DNA from: Promethearchaeota archaeon
GTDB taxonomy: Archaea; Asgardarchaeota; Lokiarchaeia; Sigyniarchaeales; SOKP01
Direction of reading: 5' to 3'
NCBI GenBank assembly: GCA_048940445.1
Contig: JBHLON010000001.1
Span: forward strand, 1 to 64,000
Length of the DNA: 64,000 nucleotides
Made by a program: the position numbers and the translations under genes
Shown here: piece by piece, positions 17,971 to 28,044 of the stretch
Layout: the number at the start of each line of letters is the position of its first letter
Position numbering within the stretch: position 1 is the first letter of the stretch
Notes under the pieces: generated by a model
The model's database searches: none
What the model saw: only the letters and a program-made list of their open reading frames with translations
Told to the model about the DNA's origin: nothing

Positions 17971-20811
17971 CTAAACATGATTTTGCATAAAATTAATTTT
18001 TTTTTGTAATATTTTTGCCTTTTTTGAATTAGTCCATCCCAAATGTTTCAAAGTATCTAATGACTGAGTTGCGAATTTAATAGATTTATAATAATCATTT
18101 TTTATGTAATATACCCCTGCAATATTATTAAATAAATCTGCTTTAAGTTCAAGATTTTCAGATTCTATCGCTAGCTTTAAACCAGCTTCGAAAAATTTTA
18201 AGGCTTCAAAATAATCTTCTAAAAAGAAATATGTCTTACCTATATTATTTAGTTGAATTGATCTTAGTTCAATATTGTTAAGTAATTCAGATATTTGAAG
18301 AGCATCTTTATAATTTTCTAAAGCTTTAATGTAATCTTTTTTAATATAATGAATATTACCGATTTTATGAAGTAAAGACACTTCTTCGTCGAGATTACCA
18401 ATCTGGTCATTAATTTGATAAGCTATATCGAATAACTTCAAAGCTTGACTATTATTTTCTAGTTTATAATAACATGTTCCTAGATTGTTAAGACTAATTG
18501 TCCTAGTCTTTAAGTTGTTGATTTGGTTTAATATCCCATAAGAGATTTCAAAGAATTTTAAAGCTTCAGGAAAATATTTGTTTTTAAAATGAATTACGGC
18601 AATATTGTTAAGATAAATTGCTTTATTTTCTACGTCCCCTAACTTTTCAGCAATTTCTATCGCTTCTTTGTATTTTTCTAATAATATTGTAAAATTGTCT
18701 TTAGCTTCATATATTTCTATGATCGCATTAATAAAGTTTATTTGTCCAACTAAATCATTTAAGCTTTTACTTAATTCAAGACCATTTTCAAGAAGTAATA
18801 GGCTCTCATCAATTTTATTTAGATTAAAATAGATTTTTCCGATTTTGTATAAATAAAGAGACTTTTTTTTTAAATCGTCAAATTCATCCGAAAGGTTAAA
18901 CGCTTTTTGATACCAACTTAAAGCTTCATAATGATTATTTTGTTTGAGATATAACTCTCCAATATTACATATACTTAAAATTCTTGCTTCAAAATCATCT
19001 AAGTTGTAAGTGAGATTATAAGCATACTCAAATTTCTTCAATGCTTCAATATATTTTTTCTGTTTGAGATAAATTTTGCCTATATTATTTAAAACATAAA
19101 CTTTGTGAGTTAAATTTTCGAAACCATCATTTATATCTAATGATTCTTGAAACTTTATTAATGCATTATCATAATCTTTTTGTGCTAAATAAACAACTCC
19201 AATTTTATTGAGTATTAAAGCCTTTAACTCTTTATCATTAACCTTTTTACAATTTGTAAGTATCTCATTATATTTATTTAATGCATTATAATAGTCTTTT
19301 TGCTCAAGATAGAGTTCTCCAATTTCATTATCAATGTCCATTATCTTCTTGACATTTCCCAATTTTACTTCAATTTGACTTGCGGATTCGAAATTTTTTA
19401 AAGATTCTTGAAAAACACATTGCTTTTTATACAAATAACCTAATTTCAAAAACAAATCTGCACTTCTCCTTAGATTCTTCAACTTTTGATTAATTTCTAA
19501 TTCTTCTTCATATATCTTTATAGCTTCATTAAATTCTTTAGAATTTTCCTGAATTGAGCCAATTTTAGAGAGAAAGTACAATTTCTTAGTTATAAACCCG
19601 CTATCTTCGGCTAATATACAACCCTCCCTATAAAGTTCAAGAGCTTTTCCATACTCATTAAATTTTTCCCAAATTAAACCAATATCAGAAAAAAGGTTTA
19701 ATCTTACGGTTGTATGATCTGGATTATCAGTAATTTTTAAAAGATTCTCTCCACATCTTAAAGCATCATCAAACATTTCATAATTAATATATATTTTAAA
19801 AGGAATGAATTTCTTAGTGATATAATCTGGTTTTTGGATATTATAGCGTATCCATTCTATTAGTTTTTTTGAAGAATCATCTATCAAGTTAGGATACTTA
19901 ATGTTTAAAATTCTTTGAAAAAATCTTATAGTATTAACATTTAATCTATATATTTTTGTATTTGGGTGATTATTCTTAATTTCTAAAAGGATATTATCAA
20001 TTTTATCATACTCTATTGTAAAATATTGGGGATTATTATCTAATACGTAAAAATCAATTTCAATTTGTTCTGGGATATGATTGATCCAAAAAATATTATG
20101 TATATTATTTGTTTCATCTAACATAGGTATAATATCTGAATCGTTCTGTCCAGAATAACCAATAACTATTAAAGAGCTACCGCTTAAAAGATCTGTTAAA
20201 ATTTCTTTTTTAAAAGGTTCTATTTGGTAAAGTGATAACTTTTTTTCTGTTTCTCCAAGTTTATAAATCGTGTTAATCAGAGATGTTTTTGTATTTTCAC
20301 CAGTGATAATATTTTTAATTGAACCATGCAACTTGTATACAAATAGATTCCCTTTTTTTAATGCCTTTTTATACTCTTCTACTTGTTCATAATCTTTTTC
20401 TATAATTAACGGCATTATACTTTTTTTTGAAACATTAGATTGAATTAAAGCTTCTTCAATTAAAGAATCAAAATTTGTGGTTGCAACAGAATGACCATTT
20501 CGAATCATCTCTGCAAGGAAGAAATGCAAATAGTTGGGGTGGGTAGAGCTAGCATAAAAATCACTTACTTTTAAATCTGGATCATATCCCTTCTGTATAA
20601 TGTAAAAGATTTTTTCAAGCGTAAGATTGGGAATAGTTGCAATCCTTTTAATTTCGAATTCTTCACAAAATAATTTAAACATTTGCTGAAGGAATTCATT
20701 TCCATCGGGTAGATTGGATGGTGGACTCACAGAACAACCAGCACCAGCAAGAAACACTAATTTCTCGCCATTGTTTAACAGATTTTTAATAGTCTGAATA
20801 ATCTCATCCAT
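17971..20811 (-). CDS. SIR2-like (SIR2_2) domain fused to a long TPR array
   Basis: FLAGAGCS, N..H..LA, TTNFD, YKLHGS, IGYSG; then about 14 repeats of roughly 40 aa (LNNIG..Y.......AL..F..A). Confidence 0.9.
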   Translation of the reverse strand: MDEIIQTIKNLLNNGEKLVFLAGAGCSVSPPSNLPDGNEFLQQMFKLFCEEFEIKRIATIPNLTLEKIFYIIQKGYDPDLKVSDFYASSTHPNYLHFFLAEMIRNGHSVATTNFDSLIEEALIQSNVSKKSIMPLIIEKDYEQVEEYKKALKKGNLFVYKLHGSIKNIITGENTKTSLINTIYKLGETEKKLSLYQIEPFKKEILTDLLSGSSLIVIGYSGQNDSDIIPMLDETNNIHNIFWINHIPEQIEIDFYVLDNNPQYFTIEYDKIDNILLEIKNNHPNTKIYRLNVNTIRFFQRILNIKYPNLIDDSSKKLIEWIRYNIQKPDYITKKFIPFKIYINYEMFDDALRCGENLLKITDNPDHTTVRLNLFSDIGLIWEKFNEYGKALELYREGCILAEDSGFITKKLYFLSKIGSIQENSKEFNEAIKIYEEELEINQKLKNLRRSADLFLKLGYLYKKQCVFQESLKNFESASQIEVKLGNVKKIMDIDNEIGELYLEQKDYYNALNKYNEILTNCKKVNDKELKALILNKIGVVYLAQKDYDNALIKFQESLDINDGFENLTHKVYVLNNIGKIYLKQKKYIEALKKFEYAYNLTYNLDDFEARILSICNIGELYLKQNNHYEALSWYQKAFNLSDEFDDLKKKSLYLYKIGKIYFNLNKIDESLLLLENGLELSKSLNDLVGQINFINAIIEIYEAKDNFTILLEKYKEAIEIAEKLGDVENKAIYLNNIAVIHFKNKYFPEALKFFEISYGILNQINNLKTRTISLNNLGTCYYKLENNSQALKLFDIAYQINDQIGNLDEEVSLLHKIGNIHYIKKDYIKALENYKDALQISELLNNIELRSIQLNNIGKTYFFLEDYFEALKFFEAGLKLAIESENLELKADLFNNIAGVYYIKNDYYKSIKFATQSLDTLKHLGWTNSKKAKILQKKINFMQNHV

Positions 20812-21061
20812 TTTATCCGAGAAAATATCCGATTTTATAAATAATAAAAGAACTTCTATAAATAATTTTCTTTCAAATTATTGTTTTCCTCTGATCTGAA
20901 ATTTAAAACCAAGGATGATTTCTATAAGTCAACTTAAAATTGTGTAGAAGTTTTAATTTCATGGTTTTTTAAAAAGATATCGTTTTTACTGCAAAAATAT
21001 ACGGTTTAAAAGTGTTTAAATATTTTATATTACTAAAAAAGCGCTTGTTTTGTGATATTAA

Positions 21062-21868
21062 TTGAAAATTTTCGTGTGTATTAAACAAGTTCCAGGTATA
21101 AGTGAAGTAAAAATAGATCCAAAAACAAATACATTGATTCGTTCTGGAATCCCATCAATAATTAATCCATACGATCGACACGCACTTGAATTAGGGCTTT
21201 CAATAAAAGAAAATCATGGTGGGGAAGTGATTGCAATAAGTATGGGCCCCCCTCAAGCAGAACAAGTATTACGCGAGGCACTTTCTATGGGTATTGATAA
21301 GGGATATCTGTTAACAGATAAAGTGTTTGCGGGTGCTGATACTTTAGCAACATCTCATACCCTAGCATTAGCAATTAAGAAGTTATTGCAGGAAACAAAA
21401 ACGAAAAAAGATTATATAGTAATATGTGGCACTCAAGCTATTGATGGGGATACTGCCCAAGTAGGGCCTGAACTCGCAGAAGAATTAGATATTCCTCAAA
21501 TAACATATGTTTTAAGTTTTCAGTTAGAAGGAGATAAAGTGGTAGTGGAAAGAGCTTTTAGACCTGATGAAGTTGTTATTATTGAAACAAAATTGCCTGT
21601 ATTAATTTCGGTGCTTAAAGAAATGAATACACCAAGAAATCCAGGAATAAAAGGAATTGTAGATGCCTATGAAAAAAAGCAAGTAATATATTGGAATGCT
21701 GAAGATTTGAAAGCAGATAAAACTGAAACTGGACTTGATGGCTCAATGACAGAAGTCTGGAAAATATTTATACCAAGAAGAAAAGGAGAACATATAAAAT
21801 TAGAAGGCAGTCTTGAGGAAATGACAAAAGAACTAATAAATCATTTAAAGGAAGATAAGGTCTTATAA
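21062..21868 (+). CDS. etfB: Electron transfer flavoprotein beta subunit
   Basis: VCIKQVP, NPYD..ALE, SMGPP, GADTLAT, AIDGDTAQVGP. Confidence 0.96.
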   Translation: MKIFVCIKQVPGISEVKIDPKTNTLIRSGIPSIINPYDRHALELGLSIKENHGGEVIAISMGPPQAEQVLREALSMGIDKGYLLTDKVFAGADTLATSHTLALAIKKLLQETKTKKDYIVICGTQAIDGDTAQVGPELAEELDIPQITYVLSFQLEGDKVVVERAFRPDEVVIIETKLPVLISVLKEMNTPRNPGIKGIVDAYEKKQVIYWNAEDLKADKTETGLDGSMTEVWKIFIPRRKGEHIKLEGSLEEMTKELINHLKEDKVL

Positions 21869-21880
21869 GAGGAGAATGGT

Positions 21881-23083
21881 ATGAGTATAATTATTGATGA
21901 TGAATTGTGCACAGGTTGTGAATCATGCGTAAATGTATGTCCATATGCAGGTGTTAAGGTTATAAATGATAAAGCTGTAATTACAAAAGAATGCAATTTG
22001 TGTGGAGCTTGCGTTAATGTATGTCCAGTTGAAGCTATTACTTTAGAACGTGAAAGATATATAGATAAAGTGGATAAAAGTCAATTTCGAGGTGTTTGGG
22101 TAATAGCCGAGCACTTTAAGCACGAAATAAATAAAGTTGCTTATCAACTTTTGGGAAAAGGGCGAGAGCTAGCTGATTTATTAGATGTAAAATTGACTTT
22201 AATAATATTAGGTGACAGATTTGAAAACGAGGTAAAAGAATTAGGTAATCTTGGAGCAGATGAAGCAATTTATGTTAAGTCGCTTATTTTAAAAGATTAT
22301 TATTCAGATTTATATGTTAGGATTTTAACAGAATTAATTAAAGAATGTAAACCAGAAATTGTATTGATTGGTGCTACTCCAACAGGAAGAGATTTTGCTC
22401 CTAGGGTTGCTAAAAGATTAAATGCAGGATTGACTGCGGATTGTACGGGTTTAGATATTGAAAAAGATACTCGAAATTTACTGCAAACTAGACCCACGTT
22501 TGGAGGAAATATAATGGCTACCATAAGAACTCCAACAAGTAGACCACAGATGGCAACTGTAAGACCTGGTATTTTTGAGATTAGCAGAGATAATCCGAAA
22601 AACGTAAATGTTAAAATTATTGAAAAGGAATATAAAGAGAAAGATTCTGTTTCAAAAATAGTTAAAATAATCAATAAGCAGAAAAAACAAGTAAATTTAG
22701 AGGATGCTGATATTATTGTAGCTGGTGGTAGAGGTGTGGGATCAAAAGAAGGCTTTAAATTAATTGAAAGTTTAGCTAAAGTTTTAGGTGCTGAATTGGG
22801 AGGATCTAGAGTAACCATCGAATTAAACTGGTTAGAACAAGACAGACAAATTGGTCAAACTGGGAAAACAGTATCTCCAAAGTTATACATAGCTTGTGGA
22901 ATATCAGGAGCAATTCAACATTTAGTAGGAATGCATAATTCAGAAATTATTGTCGCAATTAATAAGGATCCAAATGCTCCAATTTTTAATGTGGCGCACT
23001 ATGGAATTGTCGCTGATTTACATAAAATTATTCCCGTTCTTATAGAAGAAATCAAAAAGAACAAAGCTGAAGAACAAAATTAA
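21881..23083 (+). CDS. etfA: Electron transfer flavoprotein alpha subunit with N-terminal 2[4Fe-4S] ferredoxin
   Basis: CTGCESCVNVCP and CNLCGACVNVCP; GLTADC, AGGRG, QIGQTGK, GISGAIQH. Confidence 0.96.
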   Translation: MSIIIDDELCTGCESCVNVCPYAGVKVINDKAVITKECNLCGACVNVCPVEAITLERERYIDKVDKSQFRGVWVIAEHFKHEINKVAYQLLGKGRELADLLDVKLTLIILGDRFENEVKELGNLGADEAIYVKSLILKDYYSDLYVRILTELIKECKPEIVLIGATPTGRDFAPRVAKRLNAGLTADCTGLDIEKDTRNLLQTRPTFGGNIMATIRTPTSRPQMATVRPGIFEISRDNPKNVNVKIIEKEYKEKDSVSKIVKIINKQKKQVNLEDADIIVAGGRGVGSKEGFKLIESLAKVLGAELGGSRVTIELNWLEQDRQIGQTGKTVSPKLYIACGISGAIQHLVGMHNSEIIVAINKDPNAPIFNVAHYGIVADLHKIIPVLIEEIKKNKAEEQN

Positions 23084-23269
23084 AATTAATCTTTTTTCCA
23101 AATTAGGTAATATATAGTTCATTTCAGTTGTTTATTTAAATCTAAAGAAAAGGTTTCTTTAAATCATTATAATTCTAATTGAGTATTTCAAAAGAAGAAA
23201 AAAAGTTGTAATGGAATGATATTTTAAGCCGAATTCGTGGAGGAATAATTATGGCCAAAATTTGACATT

Positions 23270-23840
23270 CCACTACATTGATAGAAAAAACTTTTTTTCT
23301 ACAATATTCACAATAGTGACCCAACTATAAAAAGTTTTCGTCGATTTAGTAAACGTTCTGTTTAAATATTTGATAAATTTACACTTTACAATTATATTTG
23401 AAATATTATATCCACTAATTTAGAGTCATGCTCCTATTTTTCTATAGAAAAGCTAAGTTGGCTCATAATTTTAATTAAAAAAAAAAATTTTTCTCATAAT
23501 TCATAGGACATAGTGCAATTTTTTCTAAAAATATAATCCGAATTTACACCTAAATTTTCGATATTGAAGTTACTGAACATTTCAAAATACCTTTTTATTA
23601 AGATCTTAATAAGCAAAATCTCTCAATATAACATTCAAATAAGTTGATATGTTTACTAATCTCTCCTAGTTATTGGAAAGAAGCATATATTTCACAAAAT
23701 ACTTGAATAAGTTAATTCCCTTAAGAATGAAAGATAAAATGGGTTTCCATTAAAGATTGGATTGGTAATATTTTGAGAGATTTATAATTACCATTTCTAT
23801 ATTTCCACTTTCAACAAAAGCGCCCATTGCTCCACCAATA
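23270..23840 (-). pseudogene. Possible heavily degraded sirtuin (CobB/Sir2) remnant
   Basis: Ordered minus-strand fragments GAFVESG (about 23805-23825), KGILKCSVT/frameshift/NIENL (23594-23551), KLH and IVGS (about 23320), broken by stops. They resemble GAGISxESG, GxLKCVITQNIDNL, ELHG and IVGTSL. Confidence 0.38.
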
Positions 23841-24054
23841 GATTCACTTTATACTATATAGTACTAAAATCGAATATAAATATTTGGAATGGCTGAATTT
23901 TATGCACTAACAGCAACAAAATTTCATTAAAATTAAATAGAGATTAGATTAAAAACCCGAAAATATTTTTAATTTAGCAGAAAACCACTTAAATTTATTA
24001 ATTGGTAAGAGATGTAATATTTAAGTTATACTTATTTAGAATAACAAAGTCTTA

Positions 24055-24585
24055 ATGTGGTTTGAGATGTCAAGTCAAGACTCTGAAAAAAAATACTATG
24101 TCCCATTTATAGGTCTTTTAGAGGACTATGTTGGACGTTCTCCTTTAGATTATTACAGTTGGGGCCATATTGCATTTGGAATTGCTAGTTTTACTATATT
24201 CTCATTAATCATTAATCTTTGGGAGCTTTTTATCGGACCTGCGCCTATACATTGGTATTATCTATTAATTTTTGTTATTATTGTTGCTGTAGTATGGGAA
24301 ATAATTGAAAATACTATTCTATGGAAATTAGGATTGAAGTATGAAAATAGAAGAGATTCTTTCATTAATGCATTATTTGATATAATTTTTATGGCAATTG
24401 GAGGAGCCACCTCCTGGTTGCTTAAATGGATTATTATGAACATTATTGGAGCCTTAGGACGATTTTATTATTTAGCAGCACTAATTCTATTTATCTTTGT
24501 TTTAATTGCATACTTTATTGGCTTTTACATCACAAATGAGAACACAAAGAACGCAAGACAAGAACACCAAAAAATAATAAGTTAA
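24055..24585 (+). CDS. Membrane protein, DUF2585-like putative metal-binding hydrolase
   Basis: D.YS.GH..FG, WE..EN, DS..N...DI within TM helices. Confidence 0.6.
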   Translation: MWFEMSSQDSEKKYYVPFIGLLEDYVGRSPLDYYSWGHIAFGIASFTIFSLIINLWELFIGPAPIHWYYLLIFVIIVAVVWEIIENTILWKLGLKYENRRDSFINALFDIIFMAIGGATSWLLKWIIMNIIGALGRFYYLAALILFIFVLIAYFIGFYITNENTKNARQEHQKIIS

Positions 24586-24671
24586 ATTTTTTTTTTTTTA
24601 TTTTTACAATAAGGTTTAAAAGTTCCTAATATAATTTTCTACTATTCAATTATTTTTTATATTAAATTCCA

Positions 24672-25268
24672 ATGAAGAAAAAGGTTAGATTATCTAAAGA
24701 GAAAATAAATCTGGTATTAAATTTCTTAGGCATAATAATTTTCTTATTATCTCCGGTTTATTACTACTTGTTTATCCAAATTCTAATTAATCCTTGGTGG
24801 GTCGATTCGTGGATTGTTGGAAATGCATTTTTTGGTTTAATTATTTATTTGTTCGTGATTGTTCTAAGAAATGGAATTTATACTCCAATTGAAAAAGTTA
24901 GTATAAAAATAATTTTAATAGTAATAATTGTTATTGGTAATATCATTTTTTCCTCAATACCTTTAATAATGATAAATCAATATCAGATTCTATCTCTAAA
25001 TGGACTATTAGCCTTTTTTATAGGAAGTATAGGGATTTTTATAGCGGTATTGGGATTAGAGCGATTATTACAGCGATATTCAAAACATTATAGACGACAA
25101 AAAAAAATAAGTATAATACTTTGTACTATAGGTTTTATGATTTTCTTAGTTTTTATTTTTGTCCAAAATTTTATTGAATTTTCTTGGATCTTTTCCTTAT
25201 TGGGGTTAATTTTAATATTTATTGGACTTGCAAATATACCACATAAAAGGGAAGAACATTCTAATTAA
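24672..25268 (+). CDS. Hypothetical 6-TM membrane protein
   Basis: Long ORF with alternating hydrophobic helices. Confidence 0.65.
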   Translation: MKKKVRLSKEKINLVLNFLGIIIFLLSPVYYYLFIQILINPWWVDSWIVGNAFFGLIIYLFVIVLRNGIYTPIEKVSIKIILIVIIVIGNIIFSSIPLIMINQYQILSLNGLLAFFIGSIGIFIAVLGLERLLQRYSKHYRRQKKISIILCTIGFMIFLVFIFVQNFIEFSWIFSLLGLILIFIGLANIPHKREEHSN

Positions 25269-25413
25269 TTCAAAGATTATAATTTTTCTTGCAATTATTA
25301 TATAGGACATGTGTAAGTTTAATTTGACTTTAAATTATAAGATTTCAATAGGTATCTCAATTTTTGTAGATTTTTAACCTTTCCTTATTCTAATTAACTG
25401 AAATATTCTTATG

Positions 25414-25433
25414 AATGGGATGTTATACCCATT
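25414..25433. promoter_or_regulatory. Palindromic operator candidate AATGGG-N8-CCCATT upstream of iorB
   Basis: Perfect 6-bp arms; related sites at 33625, 40823 and 41704. Confidence 0.55.
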
Positions 25434-25523
25434 ATTTTTTATCATAAATAATTTAATTAAGTTTTAGCAATTAGGTAAATTAGGTTATATAATCTTTGAT
25501 TCAGTTTACTATATAGAGAGAAT

Positions 25524-26144
25524 ATGGGAATTAAAAACTACAATATACTTAGTGTGGGAGTTGGTGGTCAAGGTGTTGTCAGAGTCGTACAAATCTTATC
25601 ACATGCCGCACTAAGGGAAGGTTTTAAGGTTAGAACTGCTGAGACTCATGGTATGGCACAAAGAGGTGGATCGGTAGCAGCCTATTTGAGATTTGGCTCC
25701 AATATGGAGGGGCCTTTAATTCCAAGAGGACAAGCTCATGTTGTTCTAGCTTTTGAAATGAGCGAAGCAGTAAGACATTTTGCATATGCTGGACCAAATA
25801 CATATTTTTTTATAAATGAAATGTTGATTATCCCTCCTATGAATACTCGAATGAAAAAGGAATATCCTAATAGTGATGAGATATATAGTTTCTTAAAATC
25901 AGTTTCTCACCATATTTATTTCATAAAAGCAGAAGAATTAGCAAAAAAAAGTGGTAGCTATAGGACAATGAATGTGGTTATGTTGGGAGTTTTATTGGGA
26001 GCTAACAAAATTCCTATAGATAAAAATAATCTTGAAGATTCAATTTTAGAATATGTACCTAAGAAGACTCACGAAATTAATAAAAAAGCTTTCCAGTTAG
26101 GTATAGAAAAAGGAAATTTGATAATGAGTGATCAATATGAGTGA
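25524..26144 (+). CDS. iorB: Indolepyruvate/phenylpyruvate:ferredoxin oxidoreductase beta subunit
   Basis: GVGGQG, ETHGMAQRGGSV, N.VMLG. Confidence 0.95.
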   Translation: MGIKNYNILSVGVGGQGVVRVVQILSHAALREGFKVRTAETHGMAQRGGSVAAYLRFGSNMEGPLIPRGQAHVVLAFEMSEAVRHFAYAGPNTYFFINEMLIIPPMNTRMKKEYPNSDEIYSFLKSVSHHIYFIKAEELAKKSGSYRTMNVVMLGVLLGANKIPIDKNNLEDSILEYVPKKTHEINKKAFQLGIEKGNLIMSDQYE

Positions 26145-28041
26145 ACCATTTTTTGCAAAAGATCAATTGGGAAAAAAAGGTATTTTGTTAGGAAATGAAG
26201 CTATTGCTAGAGGAATCCTTGAAGCAGGTGTGATTATAGGAGCTGGATATCCAGGTACACCCTCCTCAGAAATTTTAACTACCTTAGCAGAGATGCAAAA
26301 ATTTCATCCGCATTTAAAATTAGAATGGAGTATTAATGAAAAAGTTGGTTTTGAAGTAGCTTATGGAGGATCAATGTCAAATGCCCGTTCAGTAGTCTGT
26401 ATGAAACATGTGGGAGTCAACGTCGCTTCTGATGCATTCATGACTGCCTGTTATGCAGGAGCCCGTGGAGGGATGGTGTTGGTGTCTGCAGATGATCCTA
26501 ATTGTTATTCATCTCAAAATGAACAAGACAATCGCTATTTTGGACCTCATGCCTTAGTGCCTGTTTTTGAATCATCAAATCCACAAGAAGCAAAAGATTT
26601 AATTAAATACGCTTTTGAATTCTCTGAATTATATCAATCTGTTGTTTTATTTCGAACTACAACTCGATTAAACCATGGTAGGGGTGATGTAACTCTAGGA
26701 GAGATCCAAAAAATTAAAAGAGATTATGGATTTGATTGGGATAGATCTAGATGGGTATGTTTACCATCCCATTCTCGCGTATTAAGAGTAAGGTTATTGG
26801 AAAGGATGGAAGACATTTCTGAATTTGCTGATGATTTTCCCTTTAATTCACTTCATATTGCTAAAGAAAAATTTAATGGTATTCGATATGGATTTGTTGT
26901 TGCAGGAGTTCCTTATGGTCATTTAATTGATGCACTAAATTATTTTGGAATAAGGGATAAAGTTTCTATTTTAAAGTTAGGGATGGTATACCCTGTTCCA
27001 AAGAAATTAATTAAAAATTTATTTGATTCTGTTGATGAAGTTCTTGTTATCGAAGAACTAGAACCGTTTTTAGAAAATATACTAAAAAAGGTAGCTTATG
27101 AAGAAGGCTTATCAAAAGAAGTTATTATTCATGGGAAGGATTACTTTCCTCAGAATGGAGAATTTCCAGCAGAACTTTATTTAGAAAATATCTCAAGGTG
27201 GATGAGTCTGAATTATGAAAAAGTTAAGGTTCCACATGAACTTATGATAATTCCACCGAGATTACCGATCTTATGTCCAGGATGTAGCCATAGAAGTACT
27301 TTTTATGCATTAAAGCAAGTTGAGAAGAAATTGAAAAAAAAATTTGTAAACTCCTCCGATATTGGTTGTTATACATTGGGAGCTTATGAACCACTTGAAG
27401 CAATAGATGCTCAAATATGTATGGGGGGGTCTATCGGTTTAGCTAATGGAATATCAAAAATTCAGTCTCAAAACAATCCAGTACTAGCAATTTTAGGAGA
27501 TTCTACCTTTTTTCATTCGGGAATTCCAGCTTTAATTAATGCGGTATATAATAACAATAATATGCTTGTTATTATTTTGGATAATCGATCAACCAGTATG
27601 ACAGGTTTTCAAGATAATCCAGGAACAGGAATTAAAATAACAAAAGAGCCAGGTACAAGAATTATTTTAGAGGATCTCGTAAAAGGATGTGGTGTTCCGC
27701 AAGAAAATATATGGGTTGAAGATTCTAATGATCTAAATCTATTAATTGAGAAGCTAGAGGATGCAATCAACGCAAGTGGAGTCAGAGTTTTTATTTCAAG
27801 ACATGCTTGTTCATTAATAGAAATCAATCAGTTACGAGCCCAGAATATAAAACCTCCTAGTATAGAAATCGATCAAAATAAATGCATCGGTTGTCTTATT
27901 TGTATAAATAAGTTTGGATGTCCGGCACTAGACTTTAATGAAGAGCTCAAAAAGGCTAACATTGATCAATCTTTATGTAGAGGATGTAAAGTTTGTATAG
28001 ACGTATGTCCCCAAGAAGCAATTTTTATGGAGACTAAATGA
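26137..28041 (+). CDS. iorA: Indolepyruvate/phenylpyruvate:ferredoxin oxidoreductase alpha subunit
   Basis: LLGNEAIARG, YPGTPSSE, MKHVG, SSQNEQD, LCPGCSHR, DIGCY, GDSTFFHSG, C-terminal 2[4Fe-4S]. Confidence 0.96.
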   Translation: MSEPFFAKDQLGKKGILLGNEAIARGILEAGVIIGAGYPGTPSSEILTTLAEMQKFHPHLKLEWSINEKVGFEVAYGGSMSNARSVVCMKHVGVNVASDAFMTACYAGARGGMVLVSADDPNCYSSQNEQDNRYFGPHALVPVFESSNPQEAKDLIKYAFEFSELYQSVVLFRTTTRLNHGRGDVTLGEIQKIKRDYGFDWDRSRWVCLPSHSRVLRVRLLERMEDISEFADDFPFNSLHIAKEKFNGIRYGFVVAGVPYGHLIDALNYFGIRDKVSILKLGMVYPVPKKLIKNLFDSVDEVLVIEELEPFLENILKKVAYEEGLSKEVIIHGKDYFPQNGEFPAELYLENISRWMSLNYEKVKVPHELMIIPPRLPILCPGCSHRSTFYALKQVEKKLKKKFVNSSDIGCYTLGAYEPLEAIDAQICMGGSIGLANGISKIQSQNNPVLAILGDSTFFHSGIPALINAVYNNNNMLVIILDNRSTSMTGFQDNPGTGIKITKEPGTRIILEDLVKGCGVPQENIWVEDSNDLNLLIEKLEDAINASGVRVFISRHACSLIEINQLRAQNIKPPSIEIDQNKCIGCLICINKFGCPALDFNEELKKANIDQSLCRGCKVCIDVCPQEAIFMETK

Positions 28042-28044
28042 AAA

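Noticed and set aside
17971-19700. Roughly 120-bp periodic DNA similarity
   Set aside because: Explained by TPR-coding repeats.
9160-21025. aaaa(t)gtgttta(t)aata at both ends of the accessory block as att sites
   Set aside because: Imperfect and AT-rich, consistent with ordinary BRE/TATA-like sequence; no integrase or tRNA nearby.
22300-22818. 172-aa minus ORF and the other short ORFs nested antisense in long genes (e.g. 45182..45568, 49023..49271, 56693..57052)
   Set aside because: They lie opposite well-supported CDSs and have no motifs.
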